DNA of 40,720 nucleotides from a virus (lineage: Duplodnaviria > Heunggongvirae > Uroviricota > Caudoviricetes > Ackermannviridae), in the IMG/VR virus record IMGVR_UViG_2974499353_000001, positions 1 to 40,720 of that record. One strand, 5' to 3'. Position numbers and translations under genes: made by a program. This document shows, piece by piece, positions 26,494 through 35,336 of this stretch (its first letter is position 1; the number at the start of each line of letters is the position of its first letter). The notes under the pieces are model-generated. The model saw only the letters and a list, made by a program, of their open reading frames with translations. It searched no databases and had not been told where the DNA came from.

Positions 26494-27921
26494 TCATGCC
26501 GCTTCCAACAACACCAAAATATTTTCGATATATGCTTTCTGGATAGCATAGACTTCAGCCAGTGTATTAGCGACTTTCTTGTCTGTGCGTACTTCAACGA
26601 GACGTGGAAGGAATAGAGACTTCATGGCGTCATCGGTTTTATCCTGTACGCCATTAGAGAGCACGGCGGCAATCTTACCAATGAAGTCCTCTTGGTTTTC
26701 CCACATTCGTAGTCTCAACTCATCTGAGATCCCCGATACGCCAACAACTAAGAGGCTATCAGAGGTCTTGCAGAGGAGAGATCCAAATGTCTTGGCGTGC
26801 TTCCCTTTCTTATCGGCCTCGTTGAAGCCAACGATTTCAAGGTCACATTCTACTTCCATTTTTAGCTTTAACCCTTCAGATGATGTTCCATCTTCCCAAG
26901 GCATATCTGCGGCCTTACAAATCGTGCCTTCTTCCCGACGAGCCAAAGCGTCTTTGAAGTGTTCGACAGCTTCTTCAAATGAATGAACAACACGGGTTTC
27001 TTGAACCTGAACCAGTCCGTCATCCCCTTCGAACAACTGTTGTATGATATCAAAACGGCGCTCATATGGGGTGTCCACACGCTGAGCATTGAACCAATTA
27101 TCATACGGCACAACGTCCCATACCCGATAGATCACCTTGTAACGATCTTCCAGGGGTTCACCCGTTTGGATAACACTGTTGAGCTTACCATTGCCGATAG
27201 CCCGAGGCAACACTGTATTCGTTTTCAGATCAATGACGAGCAGTTCACCATGGAAGACGCTTTCACCAATCCCCGCATCGTAGATCAGGTCTTTGAAAAC
27301 CAATGATAGGTTATCAACGGAACCACCCGCAATAAGAGAACCGGAACGAGAACGAATCTCTGGGTCTCTTCCATAACGACAGATGATGTTGGCAAACATG
27401 CCATCTGACTTCAGCTGGCTGAAGACGCCGCGCTTGAAGTCCATCTTCTTCAGCAAGTCAATCGTCATGTTATCATAACGGTGATATGGAAGGATATTAA
27501 TCAGACGCCCTGTACCACCTGCTGCGTTGAATGCTGCGTTTATACCTTTCTCGGCAATTCCCGCTTTGATGTCTCTGTCGAGTATAATTTGTATCAGGGT
27601 ATGGTAATCCGGATGGATGTTGGTCGCGGCCTTCGCAAGTTCTTGATCTGCCTTCATCCCACCGATCTTGCGTTCGGCCATCATATCAAGAACGTCATAA
27701 ACCTGATCCCAGCTACCGACAACGCCGCGCGAGAGCATGCGAGGGAATGCGTTTAGATTGAATTGAGTGCGGTAATAAGAACGCATCGGATCGTAGACGT
27801 ATTGAAGGAAATCAACCAATTCTGGGTTGTTTCTGAACGCCTCGGTCAGCACAGCTTTCTTGGCGTTGGTGCCTTTGGTATCGCGAAGATTTTGAATTAT
27901 TTCTAAAAGAGGAAGCATCAT
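26494..27921 (-). CDS. gp30: ATP-dependent DNA ligase
   Basis: QLKSDGMFA (KxDG), FHGEL, VWDVV, EEGTICK, LKLKME, SLFLPR.VE.R.DK. Confidence 0.95.
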   Translation of the reverse strand: MMLPLLEIIQNLRDTKGTNAKKAVLTEAFRNNPELVDFLQYVYDPMRSYYRTQFNLNAFPRMLSRGVVGSWDQVYDVLDMMAERKIGGMKADQELAKAATNIHPDYHTLIQIILDRDIKAGIAEKGINAAFNAAGGTGRLINILPYHRYDNMTIDLLKKMDFKRGVFSQLKSDGMFANIICRYGRDPEIRSRSGSLIAGGSVDNLSLVFKDLIYDAGIGESVFHGELLVIDLKTNTVLPRAIGNGKLNSVIQTGEPLEDRYKVIYRVWDVVPYDNWFNAQRVDTPYERRFDIIQQLFEGDDGLVQVQETRVVHSFEEAVEHFKDALARREEGTICKAADMPWEDGTSSEGLKLKMEVECDLEIVGFNEADKKGKHAKTFGSLLCKTSDSLLVVGVSGISDELRLRMWENQEDFIGKIAAVLSNGVQDKTDDAMKSLFLPRLVEVRTDKKVANTLAEVYAIQKAYIENILVLLEAA

Positions 27922-27923
27922 GT

Positions 27924-27974
27924 GTCTCCAGGGTTATTCGTCATGCTATTATAACCCTAGAGACTTCAATAGAA
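27924..27974 (-). promoter_or_regulatory. Box-type promoter TTCTATTGAA-N11-TATAAT plus a 14-bp mRNA stem covering the ligase SD
   Basis: mRNA GUCUCUAGGGUUAU-13 nt-AUAACCCUGGAGAC; -10 at plus 27948-27953; SD GGAG at plus 27926-27929 lies in the 3' arm. Confidence 0.75.
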
Positions 27975-27979
27975 TTATT

Positions 27980-28318
27980 CTAACTCCTTTCCTTGACAGA
28001 CGTAAAAGATTCTTTCCATCCTTTGAATTGTTCAGTCAGGGTTTCTTTCCCCATTTTCCCATTGGAAACGCTATGGATATATGCAAATGCGTCATAACCA
28101 TAACCAGGCATTGCTTCACAAATGCGAAGAGAGACTAATGTTTCACCCACAGAAACCAGATAATGATCACGGCGATGGCTCAGGGGATAGTGGTTGTCAT
28201 GGAACTTGTCGATAACAACACAGTTCTGGGGTTCGGCGTCAATTGCCAGCCCGTTGGCTTCGCTACCGCCGCGCCCAAGGGTGCATCCTGGGAATAATGT
28301 TTCTACGAGTGTGGTCAT
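27980..28318 (-). CDS. Hypothetical protein
   Basis: GAGGA SD; packed in the operon. Confidence 0.65.
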   Translation of the reverse strand: MTTLVETLFPGCTLGRGGSEANGLAIDAEPQNCVVIDKFHDNHYPLSHRRDHYLVSVGETLVSLRICEAMPGYGYDAFAYIHSVSNGKMGKETLTEQFKGWKESFTSVKERS

Positions 28319-28319
28319 A

Positions 28320-28529
28320 TTACTTCCTCATCATATTCAATAAATTAATTTTGCCCTTTGCTTCTGGGGCATACCAAACGTCCTGAGAGTGCCTCTTACA
28401 GCACGGGCAATCCTTAATGGCAATTACACAGGGAGCCTTGTCCACGGCATATCCAGCGTCTTCGGCTTCCTTGACGGTGTTAAATGGCAAGTGCGCACTT
28501 GTGCCTTGCCCTCCGCATGAACATTCCAT
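28320..28529 (-). CDS. Small Cys-rich hypothetical protein
   Basis: CSC...C...CPCC; GGAGGA SD. Confidence 0.65.
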   Translation of the reverse strand: MECSCGGQGTSAHLPFNTVKEAEDAGYAVDKAPCVIAIKDCPCCKRHSQDVWYAPEAKGKINLLNMMRK

Positions 28530-28729
28530 TAAAAATCCTCCTGAGGTGAATAGAATATATCGATTTTCAACGCAAGGCGCTTAACACGGCGAGCGTGACG
28601 ATGTTCTTTCTTTATCCCCTCGGAACGTTTAGCCACAGAACGACGATTTTTATACTTTTCTGAAGGATATTTGTCGTGTCCTGGGCAACAAGATCCAGGA
28701 TCATACACATCCTTAATTTCGCGCTTCAT
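28529..28729 (-). CDS. Small basic hypothetical protein
   Basis: GAGGA SD; coupled. Confidence 0.6.
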   Translation of the reverse strand: MKREIKDVYDPGSCCPGHDKYPSEKYKNRRSVAKRSEGIKKEHRHARRVKRLALKIDIFYSPQEDF

Positions 28730-28846
28730 TCATTTCTTCCTCTTAAAGGGGATGATCAGGGCTATGATTAACAGCATAGCTGTGATCACTCCGCATGCGA
28801 TAAGACCGAATGCAAATGCTTTCAAAACAAATTGTAAAAGAATCAT
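28730..28846 (-). CDS. 38-aa single-TM micropeptide (below ORF-track cutoff)
   Basis: MILLQFVLKAFAFGLIACGVITAMLLIIALIIPFKRKK; GAGGA SD, ATGA overlap upstream, TGA abuts the next ATG. Confidence 0.65.
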   Translation of the reverse strand: MILLQFVLKAFAFGLIACGVITAMLLIIALIIPFKRKK

Positions 28847-30036
28847 AATTTCCTCAGTTTTGCCCTTGTTACCTGAGTTTGTTTAACACCTTTGAATTCG
28901 GTCAATTCTTTAACACGACCACGGATAATCATATCACCTTCCAGGAATTCGGTTTCCATATAAGAAGTCTTCCATGTAATGGTATTGCCTTCTTTGGTTT
29001 TGAAAGTATACAGATACGTGTCACCATAATCAGATGAATACAGGAAAATCCTTGCTTCGAATCTGACTTGCATTTCTAACATTTCACCGACTTCTCCCAC
29101 CCAATTTGATACGGAACGCATTTGGCGCGGGGTGTGAATATAATCATAATACTTTGCTGCTCCCCAACGAACTGTCGTGGAGTCCTTAACGAGATGATAT
29201 CCAGGTTCACACATGCGTTTCAGACGAACGTTGAAATCATTGTTCTCAGACAACGCGGCGATGAAAAGCATCATATGGTACATCTCTGATTGAGCATCTT
29301 CACGGGCTTTAACTGCCTTGTTATAGAATATCTCAATGTCAGAACCTTTCTCCGGACGAGTCCCGCTAGAAATATGACCAAGAACTCGACCAAAATCATC
29401 GCTCTTCATACTCATACCAGACAGCAGAACCTGAAAGCAATTCCGCAAATAACCTTCAGTGTCAACGTAATCAGGTTCGTTCACTCTATAAATGCCTTCA
29501 GGGTCATCTTCATCAGGTGAGAACATTTCATGTATTGACATATAATAAGACATCACAGCATCAAGTGATTTCTGATGAGGAACGTAATGATGCATACAGC
29601 TACTACCGACCAGCATTTGAGCGCCGGATTGTTCGTTACGAACAACATATGTGTTATGACGACGCACAGATTTATTACAATGCTCACACCAAGACACGTT
29701 TTCGGCTTCGAATCTTTGAATGAAATTAGGATGGATGTCATCTGCTAATTTATTCAAGATGACTTTTGGATATTGGTGATTGAATTGTCCAATAATACCC
29801 CACCCGCCGTATGAAACGGGGCGATCGATGCCTTCACCAGTGAGTGTGCAATCCTGCCACCACCGATAGAATTTTCCACCAGTGATAGAATCGCGATGCT
29901 GGGTTTTGTATGGTTCGCTGTATTCGACAAGAGGGAACTCGAGATTCAGGCGCTTGGCCGTTCTTTCAAGTTTGGCCAGACGTTCCTTGACACGACCAAT
30001 ATTGTCGATAGGAATACTGAAGGTCTTGGCTTTCAT
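28843..30036 (-). CDS. Conserved phage protein with Zn-finger and C-terminal OB-fold-like domain
   Basis: CEHC...R...VGSSC..H; C-terminal VG.VGE.L.M.V...YG...LY.F...GN...W.....I.G.VKE..EFKG.KQT...RAK. Confidence 0.7.
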   Translation of the reverse strand: MKAKTFSIPIDNIGRVKERLAKLERTAKRLNLEFPLVEYSEPYKTQHRDSITGGKFYRWWQDCTLTGEGIDRPVSYGGWGIIGQFNHQYPKVILNKLADDIHPNFIQRFEAENVSWCEHCNKSVRRHNTYVVRNEQSGAQMLVGSSCMHHYVPHQKSLDAVMSYYMSIHEMFSPDEDDPEGIYRVNEPDYVDTEGYLRNCFQVLLSGMSMKSDDFGRVLGHISSGTRPEKGSDIEIFYNKAVKAREDAQSEMYHMMLFIAALSENNDFNVRLKRMCEPGYHLVKDSTTVRWGAAKYYDYIHTPRQMRSVSNWVGEVGEMLEMQVRFEARIFLYSSDYGDTYLYTFKTKEGNTITWKTSYMETEFLEGDMIIRGRVKELTEFKGVKQTQVTRAKLRKL

Positions 30037-30079
30037 ATCTGCCTCTCATGATGTAGTGAAACTTTTCAAAGTAGGTTAA

Positions 30080-30103
30080 ATGATAGCCGTATGTTTTATT
30101 GAA
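30080..30103 (-). promoter_or_regulatory. Possible promoter TTCAATAAAA-N8-TATCAT
   Basis: Box at plus 30094-30103 right after a terminator; spacing shorter than at other sites. Confidence 0.4.
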
Positions 30104-30114
30104 GTAAAGGTTTC

Positions 30115-30145
30115 AAATAAAAAGCCCAACAAATTGTTGGGCTTT
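30115..30145 (-). terminator. Rho-independent terminator (11-bp stem)
   Basis: AAAGCCCAACA-ATT-TGTTGGGCTTT followed by TTATTT on the - strand. Confidence 0.85.
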
Positions 30146-30154
30146 CTTGGGAAT

Positions 30155-30466
30155 TTACGGCTGAGGATCGTCTGTACGATCAGGCGCTGCATTAGGATAC
30201 AGAGACTCATAGAGATCTTGGTATTTGGCGCTGGTCTCGATGGTCTTGGTGTATGTTCCGCCAGCGCGGTCAGTAACGACTTTGCGCAGATCAACGGCTT
30301 TGATGCCTGTTTCTTTTGCCAATTCGGCCAGAGCTTCGGTAACAAATGTCTGTTCAGACTTGATACGGATCTGGGCGGCGCGGCAATTTTCCAATGTCTG
30401 CATCATCTTTTGACGCAGTTTAGGATCAGAAGGAAGTTGGTAAAACCCGATTTGTTCAACTGACAT
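30155..30466 (-). CDS. T4 DsbA-like double-stranded DNA-binding protein
   Basis: Helical pattern I.SE...V.E...ELAKE.GI....LRKVV....Y.DLYE resembles T4 DsbA; GAGGA SD. Confidence 0.55.
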   Translation of the reverse strand: MSVEQIGFYQLPSDPKLRQKMMQTLENCRAAQIRIKSEQTFVTEALAELAKETGIKAVDLRKVVTDRAGGTYTKTIETSAKYQDLYESLYPNAAPDRTDDPQP

Positions 30467-30478
30467 AACATATCCTCA

Positions 30479-30811
30479 TTAATGACGAGAACCGAGTGGG
30501 CCAATACTGGTCCCCAAACGGCGCAGGAAGAAATAAACGATACTGTGGAAACCAAACTTAGGAATAATGTCGACGCCTTCGACTTTATAATATTCCTGAG
30601 TATTGGTCTGCACTGGCAACGGGAAAGACGGAAGATCAAGCTGAACCAATTCCCCTGGTTCGCAATGTATCTTGACTGCTTTACCCCAATGCCGACGATT
30701 CTTATAAAATTCCAATGTCTGCTCTGTAGAGAGACTGAGACTGGTTTGTCCAGACTGGCACACCTGTTGTGCCGCCTGAATCAGGTCAGCTATAAATGCA
30801 ACATCCGACAT
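30479..30811 (-). CDS. Hypothetical protein
   Basis: AGGAG SD; downstream of a box promoter. Confidence 0.7.
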   Translation of the reverse strand: MSDVAFIADLIQAAQQVCQSGQTSLSLSTEQTLEFYKNRRHWGKAVKIHCEPGELVQLDLPSFPLPVQTNTQEYYKVEGVDIIPKFGFHSIVYFFLRRLGTSIGPLGSRH

Positions 30812-30835
30812 GATGTGCTCCTGGGTTAATATTCA

Positions 30836-30873
30836 GATCATAGAGATTATACCCTATGACCGCCATTATTGAA
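30836..30873 (-). promoter_or_regulatory. Box-type promoter TTCAATAATG-N12-TATAAT; -10 forms the exact loop of a 10-bp stem
   Basis: On - strand GGTCATAGGG-TATAAT-CTCTATGATC (two sense-strand G-U pairs). Confidence 0.7.
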
Positions 30874-30874
30874 G

Positions 30875-32299
30875 TTAACCGAAATTCCAACTATTGACGG
30901 TCTCGGCTTTTTTAACATCATTTGAGTCACCTGTTTTATTCAAATCATGCTTGATATGAACGTTTTCAACATAACGGGCTTCTTCATCAGTCAGGTCTCG
31001 TTTGACTTCATTCCAGTCCAAGTCGAACAAGATCTGCTTATCTTGATCCATACCAAACAAGAATGATTTGAGTTTCTGCTTGTTGGCATAACGATTTTTC
31101 AAGATTGATGCTCTGGCTTTCTTAACAGCCGCCAGTTCGTCTGGGGCATAAAATGCCATGATAAAGTCAGCGACCTTCGGGATACCGATAGCATCTGCCA
31201 AGTCACTGATATCACCATCAGTTGCTGATTGCTTTTCACGGTTAAACTGCATACCTGTCCAAACAGGGCAATCAAACTCAAACCCAAGAGCACGGAATTC
31301 ACGCGCCACAGATGTATAATACACGTTGGTGTTTTGCATCAAGTGGGCGGGTAAACGAGAAGACGCCGATTCGCCCAAGTAGTCAATGATGATAACATCA
31401 GGTGTAATTCCTGTTGCAGTCGCATAATCAAGAATATCGCGGCGATACAAACCTGTATGCCCCGCGCCCGAAGGATATTCCTTGATAACAATATCACCCT
31501 TCATAGAACCGTCTTGACGGGTTCTCAGTTTTTGTATGGTGGCAATATACTCGTGCCGTGAGAGCTTCTCTAAGGACTCGAAGTCCCTGCGCATCATACG
31601 GGCATCAAGGCGGTGACGCCAGACGTTCTCGGCCACTTCGAGGGTGAATACGAACACATTCAGTCCCTGCTCGGCATAACCCGCAGCCAAATCAATCAGA
31701 GTCGTTGTCTTACCTGCGTTAATTGCGCCTGTAACGATGTTCAATGTTTTCTTACCAACACCACCACGAGTTGCTTTGTTGAATATCTCTACAGCGAAAG
31801 GGATCTTCGCTTCATTAGAGTTCATGTGGTCGTATTGTTGCTCAGCCATTTCCCAATAGATATGGCCAAGATAAGAATCAAAACTTATCGCCAACGCCTC
31901 TTGTAGGAGAGTTGGAATCGTGTTCATCTCATCTTTACGTTTCTCATCACCATAGATGTTGACGGCGTGTTTGATCGCATTATGAACAGCTTTCTGCCGC
32001 GCCCAACTTTCTGTTTCTTTTACAAGCCATTCCTGATGGAATGTGTTGTCATTGATATTCTCAAGAGCAGAAATAGCTTGTTCAAATACGTGTTCGTTGA
32101 GCGAAGTCTTTTCCAGCATAATAGACAACGCTTCAACCGAAGGACGAGCATTATATTCGCAAGTGTAATGGTCAATGAGACCGAATATAATTTTCTCGCC
32201 TTCGTTATCGAAATAATCGGCTTTCAAATACGGCTGGATCTTTCTTTGATATTCTTCGTTATAGATTAATTGGGAAAGCACGACAGATTCGAGTAACAT
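30875..32299 (-). CDS. gp41: Replicative DNA helicase
   Basis: GAINAGKTT Walker A, FTLEVAE, IVIKEYPSG, IIIDYLG, WTGMQFNR, ILKNRY. Confidence 0.95.
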   Translation of the reverse strand: MLLESVVLSQLIYNEEYQRKIQPYLKADYFDNEGEKIIFGLIDHYTCEYNARPSVEALSIMLEKTSLNEHVFEQAISALENINDNTFHQEWLVKETESWARQKAVHNAIKHAVNIYGDEKRKDEMNTIPTLLQEALAISFDSYLGHIYWEMAEQQYDHMNSNEAKIPFAVEIFNKATRGGVGKKTLNIVTGAINAGKTTTLIDLAAGYAEQGLNVFVFTLEVAENVWRHRLDARMMRRDFESLEKLSRHEYIATIQKLRTRQDGSMKGDIVIKEYPSGAGHTGLYRRDILDYATATGITPDVIIIDYLGESASSRLPAHLMQNTNVYYTSVAREFRALGFEFDCPVWTGMQFNREKQSATDGDISDLADAIGIPKVADFIMAFYAPDELAAVKKARASILKNRYANKQKLKSFLFGMDQDKQILFDLDWNEVKRDLTDEEARYVENVHIKHDLNKTGDSNDVKKAETVNSWNFG

Positions 32300-32305
32300 T
32301 GGCAA

Positions 32306-32635
32306 CTACCCCACCAAAATTTTGTTGTAATCCTGAGCATTTTGCTGTATCAGATCAACTAAGATATCCCCAGACACCACAGTGAACAAGTCATTTTCTT
32401 TCAAATTAACAAATAACAAACGCCATGGTTTCTTCAATATATCTGTTGTAAAGGATAACCGAGGCTCTCCATTATCTAAATGGACACCCACTTTCCCTAT
32501 ACGAAATTGAACGCCACGGAATTTGCCTTCCGTTATTTCGATTATTGCTAACTGATCAGAACCAGGGTCGATGATTTTGTAATTAACGGGGGAGTCTCCT
32601 CCCCCTGCAATATTACTCGGTTGTTTTGATGACAT
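32306..32635 (-). CDS. Conserved T4-like hypothetical protein in the gp40 position
   Basis: I.EG.F.GV..R.GKV...LSF...F...GDILVDL; lies between uvsX and gp41. Confidence 0.65.
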   Translation of the reverse strand: MSSKQPSNIAGGGDSPVNYKIIDPGSDQLAIIEITEGKFRGVQFRIGKVGVHLDNGEPRLSFTTDILKKPWRLLFVNLKENDLFTVVSGDILVDLIQQNAQDYNKILVG

Positions 32636-33698
32636 TATCGAGGCGCTCCAGCATATCTGCAGGCATAACCGAACTCTGAGAGATACCGAACATGTTGTTC
32701 ACATCGTCAACAAAGTCTGGGTTTTCCAGCAGCGGATACCAGAAGTCATCCCCCAGCTCTGCCTTACGATATTTCTTTTCTTTTTCTGGATCAAACCCGC
32801 CTTTGGCAGTGCGTTGATACCAAGAACCACTCACCAAATCCACATACCCCAGCATGCGCGCAATTTCTAACATACCGGACCAACGGTCAATACCGCCTTC
32901 ATACAACACAGTGACAGGGAACTTGGCTTTTTCACGGACAAAGCGGCCTTTCATAATGTTGACTGTAAACTGCCATCCCAAAAGGTCTTTGTCTTCTTTA
33001 ACTTGAGAACGCGTGATGAACCACAATTGGTTAGAAGACAGGAACCCCTGTTTACCGCCTTTGATGTTCGGCTCGGCGTATTGGTTCCCGATTTCATCAT
33101 AGTACGAGTTGATCCATACCAAAACGAATTTCTTTTCAGTGACCAACGGGGTGATAACACGCCAAAAACTATTGAGAGCGCGAGCGCGGGTCATATCTTG
33201 TGTGTCTTTGCCCGCGATGGCATCATCAACTTCTTTGGTAGACGGCAACTGGCTGATTGAGTCAATGAATACGATGATCTTGTCACCTTTCTGAGCATCA
33301 TTCAGAAGCTGTGTCAGTTTGATCTTCGTCTTTTCAACGTTTTCAATCGGCAGATACAAGACACGGTCCATGTCAATACCCATAGATGTCCAGTAGTTTT
33401 CATTCGCACCGCCTTCTGAATCCGCGAAGATACAAATTGCATCAGGAAACTTATCCATGTAAGCCTTAACATCCACCAGCCCAAACATGGTTTTGAATGT
33501 ACGAGAATCCCCCACCAACTGTTTGATGCCTGATATCAGACCACCATCAATACGACCGGACCAGGCCAAATTCAGAATAGGAATACCCGTACTGCAAATA
33601 ATGTCAGGCTTCAGCGCATCGGTCTTTGACAGCACTTCGGCATTCGGGTCCAGTTTCTTTGCTGTCTTGAGCATGCGAGCCATCAATGAATCGGCCAT
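32613..33698 (-). CDS. uvsX: UvsX RecA-like recombinase
   Basis: STGIPILNLAWSG, GDSRTFKT, FADSEGG, VFIDSI, DMTRARALNS, KGGKQG. Confidence 0.95.
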   Translation of the reverse strand: MADSLMARMLKTAKKLDPNAEVLSKTDALKPDIICSTGIPILNLAWSGRIDGGLISGIKQLVGDSRTFKTMFGLVDVKAYMDKFPDAICIFADSEGGANENYWTSMGIDMDRVLYLPIENVEKTKIKLTQLLNDAQKGDKIIVFIDSISQLPSTKEVDDAIAGKDTQDMTRARALNSFWRVITPLVTEKKFVLVWINSYYDEIGNQYAEPNIKGGKQGFLSSNQLWFITRSQVKEDKDLLGWQFTVNIMKGRFVREKAKFPVTVLYEGGIDRWSGMLEIARMLGYVDLVSGSWYQRTAKGGFDPEKEKKYRKAELGDDFWYPLLENPDFVDDVNNMFGISQSSVMPADMLERLDNVIKTTE

Positions 33699-34213
33699 TT
33701 CGTTTCCTCTTGCTTGTTGATCGTAATTAATAAATCGGTGCCCAAGACTTTCTTGGACAATATATTGATTGCTTCGTGAATCGCCATTATTGACGGGAGT
33801 TTTTCATCGTTAATTTCGGAACCCCCGCGTTCTGTTAAATACATATTACGCAGACGATTGTGCTGTGCCCTGTTGACACAAGAAACATTCAATGCGATAT
33901 TCAGGATATACATCATTTGTTCAGTTGTAACATCCTTTGGAATAGCATGAACATAATATATCGCATCTTCAAAATAGATATGCTGCAATGACTCTGGAAT
34001 TTCTTCCCCGCCAAAAGCAAAATCTTCAATGCGTTTGAAAAGGGTTTCCGGCTCTGGAGTTGTAATATGTTGCGTTACAGTAGCCGCACCATCCGGTTCT
34101 TTGTTGAATTTGGTCGCGATAACGACATGTCTGCCAGGTTTAATAAACTCAGCAAAGTTCTCTGCCATTTGCGGGGCATGTTCCGCATAATATGATACGA
34201 CAACTGTAAACAT
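33683..34213 (-). CDS. Hypothetical protein
   Basis: 176-aa ORF coupled to dUTPase (TAATG). Confidence 0.7.
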   Translation of the reverse strand: MFTVVVSYYAEHAPQMAENFAEFIKPGRHVVIATKFNKEPDGAATVTQHITTPEPETLFKRIEDFAFGGEEIPESLQHIYFEDAIYYVHAIPKDVTTEQMMYILNIALNVSCVNRAQHNRLRNMYLTERGGSEINDEKLPSIMAIHEAINILSKKVLGTDLLITINKQEETKWPIH

Positions 34214-34770
34214 TAGAACTCCAGGGTCAGAGGGGTTTCTGCGGACTTATCATAGTTCGCACCGCCAGCAGCACGTAGACGATTGCGATCATTTTTGCGT
34301 TTGTGTGCCAGCATGTAAGTTTCGGCGTCCAGCCCCACGTAAGAGCAAGACGCGCTCAGGAAATACATCAGGGAACGAACGCAAGGATCGCCCATGAACT
34401 GTCCAAAGCGGTAGGTCACCCCGCCGTGGGCAACTATGCCGTTAACGATAGACATGGCATAACTATCCTTAGACATTTCCTCTAATTCTTCCTCGATCTC
34501 TCCTTTGGTGCGATCGACGAGGATGAAACACAGCATGAAGTGAACCACGTCCACCAGTTCATAGACCGCCTTCGTGCGGTCGAAGCCGATATCGTTACCA
34601 TAGACCTTCCAGTCGGCGGTCGTTTCGTCAAGAAACTCTGCCCACTCACGATATATGGAGTTGACGACGGCGTTCTGACTCCATACATTCTTCCACTCTT
34701 CCCCAAAATAGGCCACGTTGGTGGCCTTTTGGAGTTCGAGCAGACTTTTAATATGCTCTGCTGTGATCAT
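34213..34770 (-). CDS. Dimeric (all-alpha) dUTPase / dCTPase-dUTPase
   Basis: REWAEFLDE...WKVY...ELVDVVHF...Y..K...N..R acidic motifs. Confidence 0.85.
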   Translation of the reverse strand: MITAEHIKSLLELQKATNVAYFGEEWKNVWSQNAVVNSIYREWAEFLDETTADWKVYGNDIGFDRTKAVYELVDVVHFMLCFILVDRTKGEIEEELEEMSKDSYAMSIVNGIVAHGGVTYRFGQFMGDPCVRSLMYFLSASCSYVGLDAETYMLAHKRKNDRNRLRAAGGANYDKSAETPLTLEF

Positions 34771-35336
34771 TTCCGATCCCTATAAAATTTGACGAACGGT
34801 TGCCAACCTTCAAACGGATTGACAAATTCATAATCAACTTCCATCTTATCAATGAAAGCCTCAATGTCATCCTCTATGATACCACCGCGATCCGCCTTTG
34901 AAATGCGGGTGATGGGACATTTAGTGCTCAGCGCCCATTCATATTCCTGAGGGGTACGCAAATCACTCACGATATAATGAACGTGTGGGTTCTGCTCCAC
35001 CAAAGGAAGTTGATATCGTTTAAAGAATGACAGGAACAGGTCTGGTTGTACATAACGCAAGCCCGTATCGCTGCCCAGATGAAGCCAGATCTGCCGTGGG
35101 GTTAAGCCCTTGGGGTTATCAGGGTGTACGAATGGAACGTCCTTCACAGCATCCTCCACCTCCGCTGGTAGCCATGGGTAGATGAAATTGGCGACACGTC
35201 GCAGTTCATCTGAGAAAGACAGACGACGAATATCCTTATCACCCTGAATATGATGAAAACTGATCAGGGACTCCAAACAGAAGTCCTTGCCGGAGCGCTT
35301 GCGCCCCGTGAAGAATTCAAGGTTCTGGTACATCAT
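34767..35336 (-). CDS. gp1: Deoxynucleoside monophosphate kinase
   Basis: TGRKRSGKD P-loop, SFSDELR, TPRQIW..LG...R, IVSDLR.PQE. Confidence 0.88.
   Translation of the reverse strand: MMYQNLEFFTGRKRSGKDFCLESLISFHHIQGDKDIRRLSFSDELRRVANFIYPWLPAEVEDAVKDVPFVHPDNPKGLTPRQIWLHLGSDTGLRYVQPDLFLSFFKRYQLPLVEQNPHVHYIVSDLRTPQEYEWALSTKCPITRISKADRGGIIEDDIEAFIDKMEVDYEFVNPFEGWQPFVKFYRDRK

Noticed and set aside
32306-32635. Naming this gene gp40 (head vertex chaperone)
   Set aside because: The position matches, but I cannot align it convincingly to T4 gp40; left as conserved hypothetical.
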